A DNA stretch of 64,000 nt, taken from the NCBI RefSeq assembly GCF_009914755.1, contig NC_060947.1; one strand, 5' to 3'. Position 1 is the first letter of the stretch. Each line of letters begins with the position of its first letter. The translations under genes and the position numbers were made by a program. This document shows, piece by piece, positions 62,040 through 64,000 of the stretch. The stretch is from the human T2T-CHM13v2.0 reference genome, Homo sapiens. The notes beneath the pieces are model-generated. The model saw nothing but the letters and a program-made list of their open reading frames with translations. It ran no database searches and had not been told where the DNA came from.

Positions 62040-63441
62040 CCCCTTAAAAATGAATTTAGTAAACAACATCTTTATGCAGAGTAATGACTGTACTTGACAC
62101 TAAACGGGGAGAGGATACGGACAGTTTGGCTATGGGGTGCTCTGCCTAGTTTCCAGGCAACAGACTGCCCCTGGTGCCAAATCCCAGAATCCCAGCAGCT
62201 CCAGGGAATAAAAATGGTATGATTAGCTGCAGAAAAGCTTAATTTTATTACTGGAGAAGTAACTCAAACTGCACATAATAGGTCAAGAGGAGTATTTAGG
62301 TAACAAAGAATACTGATGATGATGTTGATAATGGTGGTGGTGTTGGTGATGATGATGATTTTAAATCATTTAGATTTTAGATCAGGATAATATTATTTGA
62401 AATGATTTTTTCTCCTAGTAGTCCACTCCGTACCCCAATGACCACCACTCCCTTCCCAATTCCATCAGTTCCACAATTTTGTGTTCATTGCCTCGGGGAG
62501 GGATATGACTGAACAAAAGCAGAAATAAAAGAGTTGATCAGTTTGGGTGTCCAAAAAATTAAGTTCTGAGGGCACTAGAGAGGACAGAGAGTAAAGTGAA
62601 TGTGTTTATTGAGGAGGATAGGAGAAAAAGAGAAATTTTGAGACTATAGGCATAACTGGAACCCAGCAAGAGGGTCTTTGCAAATTGCCTCCTGGCAAAA
62701 GCCTTGGGGAATGAAGAAGGAAATAAATTTCTGTGCCTGCTTATGGCCAGGAAGGTGCAGAATGACTTCCAAGTCCTCAGATGAAGCATGGAAGTATCAA
62801 AGAGAGCCATTAGAGCTGAAGGGGACAGGTGGAGGGATATCAAAGCTGCAACTTACCTAGTAGATGACATTAAGGATCAGATGGCTCACCAGTGCATACA
62901 ACCCTAGGGAAAGGAGAGATCCTTGCATAGAATGATATTGAGTTTGGCCATCCTATGGGTTTAGGAACCCAAGCAGAAGTTGAACTATAAAAACCTAAAT
63001 TTGTGGACTGAGACTTAAACCAGCCTCTTCAATATGTAAAAGAAGACTATGTCCTGAAGTAAGGAACCTTTCATGGTTTCCTTAAATTTAGCTGAAAGTT
63101 GCTTTTGGAGGGGATGTTATTAAATGGTGCCAACTCCAAAAAATGGTATCACACAGTTGGTTAGGAAAACAGAGGGCCTCAAATGGTACCTCACAGGTGC
63201 ACATAATATCAACTTCTAACTGCAGGTAAAAATTAGTCTCAAAAAAAAATTAGACAGCAATTAAATGAGGATCATGATGCCTGTGGATGGCACAATTTTC
63301 CCCAGGAGAAGCTATCTGTCAAAATTTAGCTATATATATGGAGGTGACATCATATACTTACACAGTGTAACTCATTTTCTTGTCAAACATTTGATCTTAG
63401 ACACACGGTAGTATTTAACTTACATTTCTAGACACACAGAA

Positions 63442-63446
63442 GCGCG

Positions 63447-63498
<52 letters not shown>
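63442..63498. repeat. Compound (GC)7(AC)n microsatellite
   Basis: gcgcgcgcgcgcgc followed by ~22 CA units. Confidence 0.98.
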
Positions 63499-63499
<1 letters not shown>

Positions 63500-64000
63500 C
63501 ATAATGCTTAAAATGAAAGCCTCCAGGTGAATACAAATGTTCTCTCCTCCACTTCTTAGCTTAGGTAGTCGCAGATATGCTTTTAAACTGTTAACTGGAA
63601 TATTAACCACATATGACTTTAGATTACATGTTTGTCTAAGACTTCCTCACCTAACTCTTCAAAGGGACTGCCTGCTGCCATCACTCTCCCACCTCACACC
63701 TGCCTCTAAGCTTTCTTGAGTTTTCTGTCACTTCCAGCTCAGAAGTGATTCAAGGTTCACCTCCTCTGAGTCCTCCCCAATTTCTAATTTATACTTTACA
63801 TTTCCTTATTTCTGATTCCCAGCCACTTTGCTATTCTTTTTCCACTGTCAATTTGTCAATCTTCCCCCCACTAAACTACCAGCACTAGGCATTGTGTGGT
63901 TCATAAGTTTCCTTCATTGGTTTCATATATATATATATGAAATATATAGATGTAATTTTTTCCTAACTTATAAGGTTTAATCTAAGGAGGTAGCATAGTA

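Overview
Primate, most likely human, non-coding genomic DNA (intron or gene desert). It is AT-rich and CpG-depleted, and roughly half is interspersed repeat: young L1PA elements, old L1M/L2/MIR, five Alus, MaLR LTRs (THE1/MST), MER5-type DNA transposons and microsatellites. I find no recognisable host protein-coding gene, tRNA, intact rRNA or CRISPR array. Every long ORF in the track is an L1 ORF2 remnant or an artefact of simple repeats, Alu or MaLR. I could not identify the locus, and I see no well-supported new biological system. The best-supported unusual item is a very young L1 (ACG diagnostic, pre-Ta-like) with a twin-priming inversion, inserted with a 13-bp TSD into the homologous region of an older L1 (11915-12487). 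Other items: a second twin-primed L1, two tandem duplications with readable mechanisms, a ~1-kb purine/pyrimidine-alternating array, a (GC)7(AC)n Z-DNA candidate, a degenerate ~24-bp motif at two sites, a 5S-like relic, candidate cryptic exons and several enhancer-like unique islands. Repeat subfamily names and boundaries of old repeats were assigned by eye and need RepeatMasker/Dfam confirmation.
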